Positions 9,509 through 19,107 of a stretch of DNA of 64,000 bases are shown here, piece by piece. Positions within the stretch are counted from its first letter, which is position 1; every line of letters begins with the position of its first letter. The stretch covers positions 96,001 through 160,000 of the forward strand of contig CAVTNR010000014.1 of the NCBI GenBank assembly GCA_963736115.1, in the 5' to 3' direction. The translations under genes were made by a program, and so were the position numbers. Under the pieces are notes generated by a model. That model was not told the origin of the DNA. It was given only the letters and a program-made list of their open reading frames with translations, and did no database searches. Origin of the DNA: an uncultured bacterium (GTDB taxonomy: Bacteria; Zhuqueibacterota; QNDG01; DTFT01).

Positions 9509-10179
9509 CTGTCATTCTCGGCATCGAGACCGCCACGCCGGTCTGCTCGGTGGGGCTTGCCCGGAGCGAAGGACCGGCCGGTGAAATCAGCGTTGAAGCG
9601 GCGAACGCGGCCGCGGAACGCCTCCCGGACTGTGTGCGTTCGGTGCTGTCCGCGGCCGGCCTGACGCCCGCGTCCCTGGACGGGGTGGCGGTCTCCATCG
9701 GCCCCGGATCCTACACGGGTCTGCGCATCGGCCTGTCGTTCGCAAAAGGCATCTGTTTCGCGGCCGGCAAACCGATCGCCGCGGTGCCCACGATGGACGC
9801 CTGGGTTCGGATGGCGCCGGCGGTTCTGCCCACGGCCTGCGTGCTGATGCACAGCCGCAAAGGCGAGGTGTTCCGAGCCGTGTACCGGGCGGTCAGCGGC
9901 CGATGGGAGAGATTGGGCGGATTCGAAGCGGTTCCGGTCGAAGGCCTGGCCGGCGGGCTTCCCGCGGGGCCTGTGCTGTTTCTCGGCGACGGTAGCCGGA
10001 AACACCGCGAAGCCATTGAGGGAATGCTCCCGGACGCCCGGTTTCCGGAGGGCGTCGGTCCGAATCCCAGCGGCGTACAGGTCGCAGTGATCGGCGGGGA
10101 AATCCTGGCCGCCGGAGGCGCGGCGGACCCGGACACGCTTTCGCCGATGTACCTTCAGAACTTCCAGGGCATGCCGTGA
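9505..10179 (+). CDS. tsaB: tRNA t6A biosynthesis protein TsaB (probable CTG start)
   Basis: ILGIETAT, VSIGPGSYTGLRIG; CTG overlaps the tsaE stop (CTGA), with GGGAGG upstream. Confidence 0.92.
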   Translation: MTVILGIETATPVCSVGLARSEGPAGEISVEAANAAAERLPDCVRSVLSAAGLTPASLDGVAVSIGPGSYTGLRIGLSFAKGICFAAGKPIAAVPTMDAWVRMAPAVLPTACVLMHSRKGEVFRAVYRAVSGRWERLGGFEAVPVEGLAGGLPAGPVLFLGDGSRKHREAIEGMLPDARFPEGVGPNPSGVQVAVIGGEILAAGGAADPDTLSPMYLQNFQGMP

Positions 10180-10661
10180 ACGCGAGCGCCGCAACCGGGA
10201 TCATCCGCCGCATGATTCCGGATGATCTGGACCGTGTTCTGGAAATCGAGAATCTGAGTTTCAGCATGCCGTGGAGCCGGACGGGCTTCGAGGCGGAGCT
10301 CGCCAAGCCGTACGGAAGATCCCTGGTGTTCGCCGCGGACGACCGGGTGAACGGGTATCTGGTCGCGTGGCGCGTGGAGGAGGATCTGCACATCGCGAAC
10401 CTGGCCGTGCATCCGGAACATCGCAGGCAGGGTGTCGCCGAGATGCTGCTCCGGCACTGCCTGGAGGAGGACGCGGACGCGGCCTGGGCCGGCCTGGAAG
10501 TGAGGGTCTCCAACGCCGCCGCCCTGGCACTGTACCGGAAATTCGGTTTTTGTCCGACCCGTGTGCGCCGGGCGTACTATTCCGACAACCGGGAGGACGC
10601 GGTCATCATGACCAAGGACCTGACCCCCTCAATCACGAGGAATCCGAATGGCGTGGTTTAA
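10176..10661 (+). CDS. rimI: ribosomal-protein N-acetyltransferase RimI
   Basis: HIANLAV, RRQGVA, LEVRVSN, YY..EDA; GTGA overlap with tsaB. Confidence 0.92.
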   Translation: MNASAATGIIRRMIPDDLDRVLEIENLSFSMPWSRTGFEAELAKPYGRSLVFAADDRVNGYLVAWRVEEDLHIANLAVHPEHRRQGVAEMLLRHCLEEDADAAWAGLEVRVSNAAALALYRKFGFCPTRVRRAYYSDNREDAVIMTKDLTPSITRNPNGVV

Positions 10662-11487
10662 GCGCATCAAACCCGGAATCCGGGTCCAGAACAAGATGGA
10701 GATGCCGGACGGGCTCTGGGTGAAATGCGACGGCTGCGACGAGGTGATCTACAAGAAACAGCTGGCCTCGAACAGCCATGTCTGCCCGAAATGCGATTTC
10801 CATTTCAGGATCGGGGACCGCGGCTATCTCGACCTGCTGCTGGATCCCGAATCCTTCGAGGAAACCGACGCGGACATGGAGTCCACGGATTTTCTCCACT
10901 ACCGGGATACGAAGCGCTACTCGGACCGCATCCGCGAGAATCAGCGGAAGACCGGCCTTCGGGACGCCATCCGGACCGGAACGGGCCGTCTCTGCGGGAA
11001 GCCGGTGGTGATCGGCGTGATGAATTTCGATTTCATCGGCGGCAGCATGGGTTCCGTGGTGGGGGAGAAGATCGCACGGGCGACCGACCTGGCGGCGGAA
11101 CGGAAATGCCCGTTGATCCTGGTGTGCGCCTCGGGCGGCGCCCGCATGCAGGAATCCATTCTGTCCCTCATGCAGATGGCGAAAACGTCCTCGCGCATCG
11201 CCCGGTTCTCGGACCAGGGCGGGCTGTACATCCCGGTGCTGACCAACCCGACGACCGCGGGCGTCGTCGCGAGTTTCGCGATGCTCGGCGACCTCAACAT
11301 CGCGGAGCCGGGCGCCCTGATCGGTTTCGCCGGGCCGCGCGTCATCAAGCAGACCATCGGCCAGGACCTGCCTCCCGGCTTCCAGCGCTCCCAGTTCCAG
11401 CTGGATCACGGTTTCGTGGACCTGATCGTGCACCGCAAGGAGATGCGATCCACGCTTGACCGGATTCTGCGTTTCTGCGTGGCGTGA
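10648..11487 (+). CDS. accD: acetyl-CoA carboxylase carboxyltransferase beta subunit
   Basis: LWVKC..C / CPKC zinc finger, GGSMGSVVGEK, SGGARMQE, GFAGPRVI. Confidence 0.96.
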   Translation: MAWFKRIKPGIRVQNKMEMPDGLWVKCDGCDEVIYKKQLASNSHVCPKCDFHFRIGDRGYLDLLLDPESFEETDADMESTDFLHYRDTKRYSDRIRENQRKTGLRDAIRTGTGRLCGKPVVIGVMNFDFIGGSMGSVVGEKIARATDLAAERKCPLILVCASGGARMQESILSLMQMAKTSSRIARFSDQGGLYIPVLTNPTTAGVVASFAMLGDLNIAEPGALIGFAGPRVIKQTIGQDLPPGFQRSQFQLDHGFVDLIVHRKEMRSTLDRILRFCVA

Positions 11488-11645
11488 CGGACGGCTCGGG
11501 AGCGTCCGGCCGCCGGACGCCGGAACCGTCCGGCATCCTTCCGGACAGGCGGGCGGAACCAACCGTGGCAACCGGCGCAGGTTGACGCAGATGCGTCCCG
11601 ATTCCCATAAAAAAACGGGCGTCCCTCAGCCCGGATGAAAGGCAC

Positions 11646-12416
11646 ATGGCCCGAAAACCCATCATCCTCCTGACCAATGACGACGGCATCTCCGCGGCCG
11701 GCATATACGCGCTGCACCGGGAACTGAGCCGGATCGCGGATGTCTCGGTCATCGCGCCCTACACCGAGCAGTCCGCCGTGGGCCACGCCATCACCATCCA
11801 CGATCCTCTCAGAGTCTGGGAGTTCGAGAAGAACGGAAAGCTGTTCGGACACGCGGTCACCGGAACGCCCGCGGACTGCGTCAAGATCGGATACTGGGCG
11901 CTGATGCGGAAAAAGCCCGACCTCGTCGTCTCGGGCATCAATCTGGGACCCAACACCGGAATCAATACGATCTATTCGGGCACGGTTTCCGCGGCCACCG
12001 AGGGCTCTTTTCTCGGCGTGCCCTCCTTTGCCGTGTCCCTCGCCACGTACCGGGATCCGGATTTCCGGTACGCGGCGCGCTTCGCCGCCCGGCTGGCCGT
12101 CCGCCTGCACCGCGAGGGCCTGCCGCGCGGCATCTACCTCAACGTCAATGTTCCGAACCTCCCTGAAAAGGCGATCCGCGGCGTGCGGATCACGCGGCAG
12201 GGCCTCGCCCCGTGGCGCGAGGAGTTCGACCGGAGAACCGATCCCAGCGGCCGGACGTATTTCTGGCTCACCGGGCAGAAGATGAATCAGGAGAAAGAGC
12301 TGGACGTGGATGACGGGGCCGTGTCCGCCGGTTATGTGGCCGTTACCCCCGTGCATTACGATCTCACCCAGTATGGATTCATGGACCGTCTCAAGTCCTG
12401 GAAACTCGAAAAGTAG
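11646..12416 (+). CDS. surE: 5'/3'-nucleotidase SurE
   Basis: [27 protein letters not shown]. Confidence 0.96.
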   Translation: MARKPIILLTNDDGISAAGIYALHRELSRIADVSVIAPYTEQSAVGHAITIHDPLRVWEFEKNGKLFGHAVTGTPADCVKIGYWALMRKKPDLVVSGINLGPNTGINTIYSGTVSAATEGSFLGVPSFAVSLATYRDPDFRYAARFAARLAVRLHREGLPRGIYLNVNVPNLPEKAIRGVRITRQGLAPWREEFDRRTDPSGRTYFWLTGQKMNQEKELDVDDGAVSAGYVAVTPVHYDLTQYGFMDRLKSWKLEK

Positions 12417-12427
12417 GAGGATGCCGC

Positions 12428-13960
12428 ATCGCGCCGGAAGAGAAAATTCTGATCCTGGATTTCGGCTCCCAGTACACCCAGCTCATCGCCCGACGGGTCC
12501 GCGAACAGAAGGTGTTCTGCGAAATCGCGCCGTTCAATATCCCGGCCGGAGAAATACGCGCCCAGTCGCCGAAAGGGATAATTCTGTCCGGGGGTCCGTC
12601 CTCCGTCTATGCCCCGGCCGCGCCCATCCCGGACCGGGATCTTTTCAGCCTGGGGATACCGGTGCTCGGCATCTGTTACGGCCTCCAACTGATGGCACAC
12701 CTGCTCGGCGGGCAGGTGGACCGTGCCGCACTGCGGGAATACGGACCCGCTGATTTTTCCGTGGACGACGACGCGGACCTTTTCGCCGGGCTCTCGCCCG
12801 GATTCGGGGTCTGGATGAGCCACGGCGACCACCTGGAGTCCATGCCCGCCGGGTTCGTCCGGCTCGGGCACACCGAAAACGCGGCGCTGGCCGCCATGGC
12901 GGACCGGTCCCGGAACCTGTACGGCGTCCAGTTCCACCCCGAAGTGGCGCATACGCCCAGGGGCGACGAGGTCCTGAGGAATTTTCTCGTCGCGGTCTGC
13001 GGCTGCCGCTGCGACTGGACGGCCGAGCACTTCGTCGAGTCGGCCGTTTCCGCGATACGCGGCCGCGTCGGCCGGGACCGGGTGCTGTGCGGACTGTCCG
13101 GAGGGGTGGATTCGGCCGTCACCGCGGCGTTGATCCACAGCGCCGTGGGAGACCAGCTGACCAGCGTGTTCGTGGACAACGGAATGCTCCGGAAAGGCGA
13201 ATGGGACGAGGTCCGGCGCGCGTTCCGGCATCTCAACCTCGTATCCGTGGACGCCTCCCGTGACTTTCTCTCGGACCTGGATGGAGTCACGGATCCCGAG
13301 GAGAAGCGCAAGCGGATCGGCAAGCGCTTCATCGACGTATTCGAGGCGGAAGCCGCGAAAATCGGGGGCGTGCGTTTTCTCGGACAGGGCACGCTTTATC
13401 CGGACGTCATCGAGAGCGTTTCGACCTGGGGGCCCTCGGCCAAGATCAAGTCGCACCACAATGTCGGGGGCCTTCCGGAGCGGATGGGGCTGAAACTGGT
13501 CGAGCCGCTCCGCGAGCTTTTCAAGGACGAGGTGCGGGCTGTCGGCCGCGTGCTCGGCCTGCCTTCCGAAATTCTCGACCGGCATCCGTTTCCCGGTCCC
13601 GGGCTGGCCGTCCGCGTCCTGGGGGAGGTGACCGAACCGAGGCTTGCCATCCTGAGGGAGGCGGACGCGATCTTTATCCATGAACTCCGGCGTTCCGGCT
13701 GGTACGACCGGGTCTGGCAGGCCTTCACCGTTCTTCTGCCGGTTCAGACCGTGGGCGTGATGGGCGATGAGCGCACATACGAGCACGTGGCGGCCCTGAG
13801 GGCCGTGACCAGCATCGACGGCATGACCGCGGACTGGGCGCGGCTTCCGGATGAGCTGACCGCCCGGGTTTCGAACCGGATCATCAACGAGGTCAAGGGC
13901 ATCAACCGCGTCGTAATGGACGTCAGCTCGAAACCCCCGGCGACGATTGAATGGGAGTAA
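12428..13960 (+). CDS. guaA: GMP synthase (glutamine-hydrolysing); probable ATC start
   Basis: Conserved N-terminus [21 protein letters not shown] lies upstream of the listed GTG 12512; [26 protein letters not shown]. Confidence 0.95.
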   Translation: MAPEEKILILDFGSQYTQLIARRVREQKVFCEIAPFNIPAGEIRAQSPKGIILSGGPSSVYAPAAPIPDRDLFSLGIPVLGICYGLQLMAHLLGGQVDRAALREYGPADFSVDDDADLFAGLSPGFGVWMSHGDHLESMPAGFVRLGHTENAALAAMADRSRNLYGVQFHPEVAHTPRGDEVLRNFLVAVCGCRCDWTAEHFVESAVSAIRGRVGRDRVLCGLSGGVDSAVTAALIHSAVGDQLTSVFVDNGMLRKGEWDEVRRAFRHLNLVSVDASRDFLSDLDGVTDPEEKRKRIGKRFIDVFEAEAAKIGGVRFLGQGTLYPDVIESVSTWGPSAKIKSHHNVGGLPERMGLKLVEPLRELFKDEVRAVGRVLGLPSEILDRHPFPGPGLAVRVLGEVTEPRLAILREADAIFIHELRRSGWYDRVWQAFTVLLPVQTVGVMGDERTYEHVAALRAVTSIDGMTADWARLPDELTARVSNRIINEVKGINRVVMDVSSKPPATIEWE

Positions 13961-13966
13961 AAAAAA

Positions 13967-14184
13967 GTTCATAGTTCATGGTTCATAGTTCATAGTAAAT
14001 CAGTTCATAGTTGATAGTTCATTGTTCATAGAAAAAGAGGTTTTTCCGGCTTTACCTGTTTTGGATTTCAGGCTTCAGCCTTTCGTCCACGAAATGAAAC
14101 CTTGGAGAGTGAATTCCATGGTTTCAATTTTTGCCGTCACATCTTTTTCCTTGAACTATGAACTATGAACCATGAACTATGAAC
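13967..14184. repeat. inverted heptamer tandem repeat, copy 2
   Basis: Two blocks of (GTTCATA-like)x4 at 13967-14030 and (TATGAAC-like)x5 at 14150-14184. Confidence 0.88.
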
Positions 14185-14230
14185 TGTTGGTGAAGAAAAG
14201 AATCAGTCTTCCAAGAAAGGTATATCGAAA

Positions 14231-16063
14231 ATGTGCGGAATAGTCGGCTACGTCGGTGAACGTCAGGCGCTTCCCATTCTCATCAGCGGGTTGAAACGGC
14301 TCGAGTACCGGGGGTACGATTCGGCCGGCGTCGCAATGATCCGGGACGGTTCCATCTGGTCCGACAAGAAGAAGGGCCGGATTAGCGACCTCGAACTCAG
14401 CCTCGCGAAGCAGCCGTCCGACGGGTTCCTGCCCGTCGGCATCGCGCACACGCGGTGGGCCACGCACGGCGCGCCTTCCGACGTGAACGCGCATCCCCAT
14501 TTCGACTGCAAGCGGAACATCGCCGTGGTGCACAACGGCATCATCGAGAATTACGCCGAGATCCGGCGCGGTCTCATCGAAAAAGGCCACGTATTCGTCT
14601 CCGAAACCGATTCCGAGGTGCTGGCCCATTTGATCGAGACATTCGACCGGGGCGACATGGTCGCCGCCATCCAGCAGTCGCTTCATCTCGTCCGGGGCAC
14701 GTTCGGCATACTCGTCCTGACGTCCCGTGAGCCCGACCGGCTCTACGCGGCCCGGCGGGGGAGCCCGTTGGTCATCGGTCTGGCGGACGACGAGAATCTC
14801 GTGGCTTCCGACGGTTCCGCCCTGGTCGAGCACACCAAGAAAGTGATCTACCTTTCGGATGACGAGATGGCCGCCATCGACCGCCGCGGCGTCCAGGTCC
14901 GGACCCTTCAGGACAGCCGGGTTTCGAAATCCGTCGAACAGCTGTCCTTCGGTCTCGAACAGATCCAGAAGGGCGGTTACGACCATTTCATGCTCAAGGA
15001 GATCTTCGAACAGCCCGAGACGATCGGCGACTCCATGCGCGGGCGGCTTCTTCCGGACGAAGGACGCGCCAAACTCGGCGGGCTGGAGGGCTATCTCGAG
15101 CGGATCCGGAACAGCGAGCGCATCATCATCACGGCCTGCGGCACGTCCTGGCATGCCGGTCTGATCGGCGAATATCTGATCGAGAAACTCGCCCACATTC
15201 CCGTGGAAGTCGAATACGCTTCCGAGTTCCGCTACCGCGATCCCATTCTTTCGCGGAACGACACCGTGATCGCGATCAGCCAGTCCGGCGAAACCGCGGA
15301 CACCCTCGCGGCCGTGCGGGAGGCCCGGCAGAAGGGCGCGCTCGTCCTCGGCCTCTGCAATGTGGTCGGCAGTTCGGTCGCCCGCGAGACGGCGGCGGGA
15401 GTCTACCTGCACGCCGGGCCCGAGATCGGAGTCGCCTCCACCAAAGCCTTCACATCCCAGGTCGCCGTACTCAGTCTGATCGCGCTGGCCCTCGGCCGGA
15501 TGACCTCGCTCTCGAACGACGAGGGCCGGCTCATGGTCCAGGAACTGATGTCCATCCCGGACAAGATCCGCGCCATCCTGGGACAGACGGACCGGATCCT
15601 GGCGCTGGCCCGGAAAATGACGGAAAAACGCAACGCGCTGTACCTGGGACGGGGATTCAATTACCCCGTGGCTTTGGAGGGCGCGTTGAAGATGAAGGAA
15701 ATTTCGTACATCCACGCCGAGGGGTACCCGGCCGCGGAGATGAAGCACGGGCCCATCGCCCTGATCGACGAGGACATGCCGGTTGTTTTCCTCGCGGTGA
15801 AGGACCCCGTGTATGAGAAGGTGCTGAGCAACATCCAGGAAGTGAAAGCGCGGGGCGGCTGGGTCATCGCGGTGGTCAATTCCGGCGACCGGGACGCCGC
15901 CCGGAACGCGGACGAGGTCATCGAAATCCCCGAGACGTCACAGCCTCTCTCGCCGATGCTGACCGTAATTCCCCTTCAGCTGCTGGCCTATCACACCGCC
16001 GTCCTGAAAGGCTGCGACGTGGATCAGCCGAGAAATCTCGCCAAAAGCGTCACCGTGGAATAA
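14231..16063 (+). CDS. glmS: glutamine-fructose-6-phosphate aminotransferase
   Basis: MCGIVG, HTRWATHG, SQSGETAD, PRNLAKSVTVE. Confidence 0.97.
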   Translation: MCGIVGYVGERQALPILISGLKRLEYRGYDSAGVAMIRDGSIWSDKKKGRISDLELSLAKQPSDGFLPVGIAHTRWATHGAPSDVNAHPHFDCKRNIAVVHNGIIENYAEIRRGLIEKGHVFVSETDSEVLAHLIETFDRGDMVAAIQQSLHLVRGTFGILVLTSREPDRLYAARRGSPLVIGLADDENLVASDGSALVEHTKKVIYLSDDEMAAIDRRGVQVRTLQDSRVSKSVEQLSFGLEQIQKGGYDHFMLKEIFEQPETIGDSMRGRLLPDEGRAKLGGLEGYLERIRNSERIIITACGTSWHAGLIGEYLIEKLAHIPVEVEYASEFRYRDPILSRNDTVIAISQSGETADTLAAVREARQKGALVLGLCNVVGSSVARETAAGVYLHAGPEIGVASTKAFTSQVAVLSLIALALGRMTSLSNDEGRLMVQELMSIPDKIRAILGQTDRILALARKMTEKRNALYLGRGFNYPVALEGALKMKEISYIHAEGYPAAEMKHGPIALIDEDMPVVFLAVKDPVYEKVLSNIQEVKARGGWVIAVVNSGDRDAARNADEVIEIPETSQPLSPMLTVIPLQLLAYHTAVLKGCDVDQPRNLAKSVTVE

Positions 16064-16074
16064 TGGAGGCTTTC

Positions 16075-18147
16075 ATGAATCTGTCAGCGAGCGTATTCCC
16101 CGCGGCCCGCTTCGCGGGATCAAGCTGTTTGATAGCTGCATTATTGAAGACTTGCCGCGGGGATAGCGAGCGAATAACAGATGTCTCTGCTCTACGGATA
16201 GAAGCTTCCCCGGCTTCGCCGGACCAAGCAACTAGATTCTCTCTGGTTGAAGGCCCGCCGCTTGCCTTCATCCAGAAGGCATATAATAGCTTGGTCCCGC
16301 GCAGCGGGACGGCGGGGAGCTTCAAATCCCGCAGACTTTTCGCGTCCGTCGCCGTCTTCCTGGCCGTACTCGCGGCCGGCAGCCTCACGGCGGCGACCGC
16401 CGAATCCCCGGACAGCGTGTTTTCCGCGGCGGTCTCCGCCTACAAAGCCGGACGCAACGCGCAAGCGCTTTCCGCGCTCGAGGCGCTGGACACGAAACAG
16501 CCGGGTCACAGCCTGACTACGGCTTCGCTTCTCATGCAGGCGAAGGCGCTGTCCCGCATGGGCGAGAGCCAGCGCAGCCGCGAAGCGTTTGAGGAGCTCA
16601 TCCTCGCGCATCCCCGGAGCGGTTATGTCGACGACGCGCGCTACGGGCTCGCCGATCTTCTGTACCGGCGCAACGACGCGCGCGGATCGCTGCTGCAGCT
16701 GCTGTCGCTGATCGCCGGCGGCGGGAACCGGGCGCTGGTTGAAAAGGCCGAGGCCCGCGGCCAGGAAATCATGGAATTCCATTTCACGACGGAGGAACTC
16801 CGCAGTCTGGTGCGGGACGTGCCCGATGAGAAAGGGAAGGCCTTCGTGACGCTGACGGCCGCGCGGCGGAACATCCAGGACCGCCGCTTCGAGACCGCCC
16901 GGACCGACCTCGACCATTTTCTGCGCTCGGCCCCGGACAATCCCTACGCGTCCCAGATGGAGAAACTGCTCGGACGGGCGGAATCGCTGGGCAAGGGCAC
17001 GGCCGTGATCGGCGTCATCCTTCCGCTGTCCGGGCCCCTGGGGGACCAGGGCGGCCAGGTGCTGGCGGGCATCCAGTACGCGGTCAAGATCAACAACGAG
17101 AAGATGCAGCTCAAGTTCGAACTGCTGGTCCGGGATTCGGAGGGCAGTCCGGTGCAGGCGATCCGGGCGGCCCAGGAAATCTGCCGCAACAACGACGTGG
17201 TGACGGTGATCGGCGACCTGGACAGCCATCTCTCAGAGTCCGTGGCCGCGGTGGCCCAGGAGAATGAGGTGCCCTGCATCGCGCCGCTGGCGATGTCCGA
17301 CGGGATGACCGGCATCGGTCCCTACGTCTTCCAGTTGAACGGCACGCTCGGCGACCGCGGACGCGTACTGGCGGAGTACGCCTGCTCCTCGCTGGGGCTG
17401 AAACGCTTCGCCATGCTCACGCCGGGAGACGCCTACGGCCGGGTGCTCCGGAAGGCTTTCGCGGAGGAAGTCGCCCGTTCAGGCGGGGAGATCCTCGCGG
17501 ATCGGACATACACGGAGGATATAAAGGATTTCAGCCCGATCCTGGCCTCCATCCGCGAAGCCGGTCTCAAGCGGTTCCTGCAGGACAGTGTGCGCGCGGT
17601 CCGGGGCGATGTCTCCGGCGAGATCGTGAAAGGCGCGATCGACCGGAAAGCCTCCCGGATGCTTGACAATCGGGACATTCCGGTGCGGTCCGTGGAAGGC
17701 TTTTTCATCCTGCCCAACCGCGGCAGCCTGGAATCCATTCTGGCCCAGATCCACTATCAGAATCTGGAGACCCAGCTTCTGGCCGGCTCCTCGCTGGACG
17801 ACCTGTCCGTGCTGCTCGGGCGGAAGGAGTTGCTCGACGGCATCGTTTTTTTCAGTGAATATTTCGCCGACCCCTACAGCCCGCGCGTGGCCGCCTTCCG
17901 CGCGGGATTCCGGAAGGAGTCGGGCCGGAATCCCGGCAGCATGGAAGCCATCGGATACGACGCCGCATCGGTCGTGCTTGAGGCCATGGGCGACAAAACC
18001 ATGCCCCGCTCCGAAATCCGGGATGCCCTCGCGGCCGTCCGCAATCTGGACGGCATACGCGGCAAAATTTCATTCGACGGGAATCGCGTCAATTCGGCTT
18101 TCCGCCTTCTGCAGTTCCGGGAAGGCCGCGTGGACATGGTTCGGTAG
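16075..18147 (+). CDS. TPR + periplasmic-binding-fold (LppC/LpoA-like) envelope protein with a repeat-derived N-terminal extension
   Basis: GGAGG SD 5 nt before ATG 16075; signal peptide KSRRLFASVAVFLAVLAA from 16324; TPR-like helices; IGVILPLSG...GYDAA...GKISFD fold. Confidence 0.75.
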   Translation: MNLSASVFPAARFAGSSCLIAALLKTCRGDSERITDVSALRIEASPASPDQATRFSLVEGPPLAFIQKAYNSLVPRSGTAGSFKSRRLFASVAVFLAVLAAGSLTAATAESPDSVFSAAVSAYKAGRNAQALSALEALDTKQPGHSLTTASLLMQAKALSRMGESQRSREAFEELILAHPRSGYVDDARYGLADLLYRRNDARGSLLQLLSLIAGGGNRALVEKAEARGQEIMEFHFTTEELRSLVRDVPDEKGKAFVTLTAARRNIQDRRFETARTDLDHFLRSAPDNPYASQMEKLLGRAESLGKGTAVIGVILPLSGPLGDQGGQVLAGIQYAVKINNEKMQLKFELLVRDSEGSPVQAIRAAQEICRNNDVVTVIGDLDSHLSESVAAVAQENEVPCIAPLAMSDGMTGIGPYVFQLNGTLGDRGRVLAEYACSSLGLKRFAMLTPGDAYGRVLRKAFAEEVARSGGEILADRTYTEDIKDFSPILASIREAGLKRFLQDSVRAVRGDVSGEIVKGAIDRKASRMLDNRDIPVRSVEGFFILPNRGSLESILAQIHYQNLETQLLAGSSLDDLSVLLGRKELLDGIVFFSEYFADPYSPRVAAFRAGFRKESGRNPGSMEAIGYDAASVVLEAMGDKTMPRSEIRDALAAVRNLDGIRGKISFDGNRVNSAFRLLQFREGRVDMVR
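16076..16324. mobile_element. palindromic repeat composite containing three 45-bp mini-element insertions (16106-16150, 16210-16254, 16265-16309)
   Basis: Blocks shared with 29841-30136 and 62901-63020; removing the units restores TCCCCGCGGC-TT-GCCGCGGGGA and GAAGCT(T)CCCCGCCGC-TT-GCGGCGGGGAGCTTC. Confidence 0.8.
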
Positions 18148-18151
18148 AGAC

Positions 18152-18907
18152 GTGTTTTTCGAGAAACGGCACGGCCTGTTTGTCGGCCGCTTTCCGGCAT
18201 GGGCCGGAAAGCCCGGCCTCCGGCACGCCTTCAGTACGAGGCGCGGCGGGGTCAGCCGGCCGCCTTTCGGCACGCTCAACCTGGGACTGAACACGGAGGA
18301 CGACCCGGTTTCAGTCCGGGAGAATTGGGTCCAACTCTCCCGGGCCGCGGGTCTGGACCGCGACCGCATGGCGTTCACGCGCCAGGTCCACGGCGAAGCG
18401 ATCGCGGCCGCCGAAGCGCCCGGCGTCTTTCCGGACACGGACGCTCTTGTCACGGACACCGCGGAACTGGCGCTCGCCGTTCAGGTCGCGGACTGCGTGC
18501 CGGTTTTCCTTTACGACCCGAGTCGGAAGGCCGTCGGACTCGCGCACGCGGGGTGGAAGGGATCGGCTCTCGATATCGCGGGAAAGACGGCCGCCGCCCT
18601 GGTCGAACGCTTCGGATCAAAGCCCGCGGATCTGTCCGCGTGCATCGGGCCGTCGATCGGCCCCTGCTGTTTCGAGGTCGGGCCGGAGGTGGCGGAGCGG
18701 TTTCCGTCCCGGTACCTGGAACATGGCCGGCTGGATCTCTGGGCTGTCAACCGGGATTCGCTGATCGCAGCCGGGATGGATCCGAACGCCATCCATATCA
18801 GCCGACTGTGCACCGTATGCCACAGGGACTGGTTCTTCTCCCACCGCGGAGACGGGGGGAAGACAGGGAGGATGGCGGCGGTGATCGGGCTGGAGAAGAC
18901 AGAATGA
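18152..18907 (+). CDS. pgeF: peptidoglycan editing factor PgeF/YfiH (purine nucleoside phosphorylase-like)
   Basis: STRRGG, LNLG, QVHG, ADCVP, HAGW, IGPSIGPCCFEV, FFSHR; GTG start. Confidence 0.92.
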   Translation: MFFEKRHGLFVGRFPAWAGKPGLRHAFSTRRGGVSRPPFGTLNLGLNTEDDPVSVRENWVQLSRAAGLDRDRMAFTRQVHGEAIAAAEAPGVFPDTDALVTDTAELALAVQVADCVPVFLYDPSRKAVGLAHAGWKGSALDIAGKTAAALVERFGSKPADLSACIGPSIGPCCFEVGPEVAERFPSRYLEHGRLDLWAVNRDSLIAAGMDPNAIHISRLCTVCHRDWFFSHRGDGGKTGRMAAVIGLEKTE

Positions 18908-18969
18908 GTATAAGCGCCGGCGGTCATTGTTTCTGACGATATCCGCAATATTTACTGGAATCAAACGGC

Positions 18970-18998
18970 TTGACAATAATCGGGAAATTCCGCATATT
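18970..18998 (+). promoter_or_regulatory. sigma70-type promoter
   Basis: TTGACA-N17-CATATT. Confidence 0.6.
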
Positions 18999-19107
18999 TA
19001 AGGATCAGAAGAGGTATTGGTCACGCGAGACAGCGGTTTAAACTCAACCAATATCATTTCGGTAAACCAATTATTGCAGTAAGTTCATTCAACCGGAGGA
19101 GGAAAAG

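Noticed and set aside
13961-14230. glmS ribozyme upstream of glmS
   Set aside because: The AGCGCC...GACGAGG core is absent and the region holds heptamer repeats instead. The AAGCGCC near 18912 is not upstream of glmS and lacks the rest of the motif.
17663-18151. Long N-terminal extensions in the ORF track (pgeF 17663, tsaB 9370, holA 20596, HAD 34172, 19874, 47749)
   Set aside because: They overlap upstream genes, promoters or terminators, and family similarity or SD position supports later starts.
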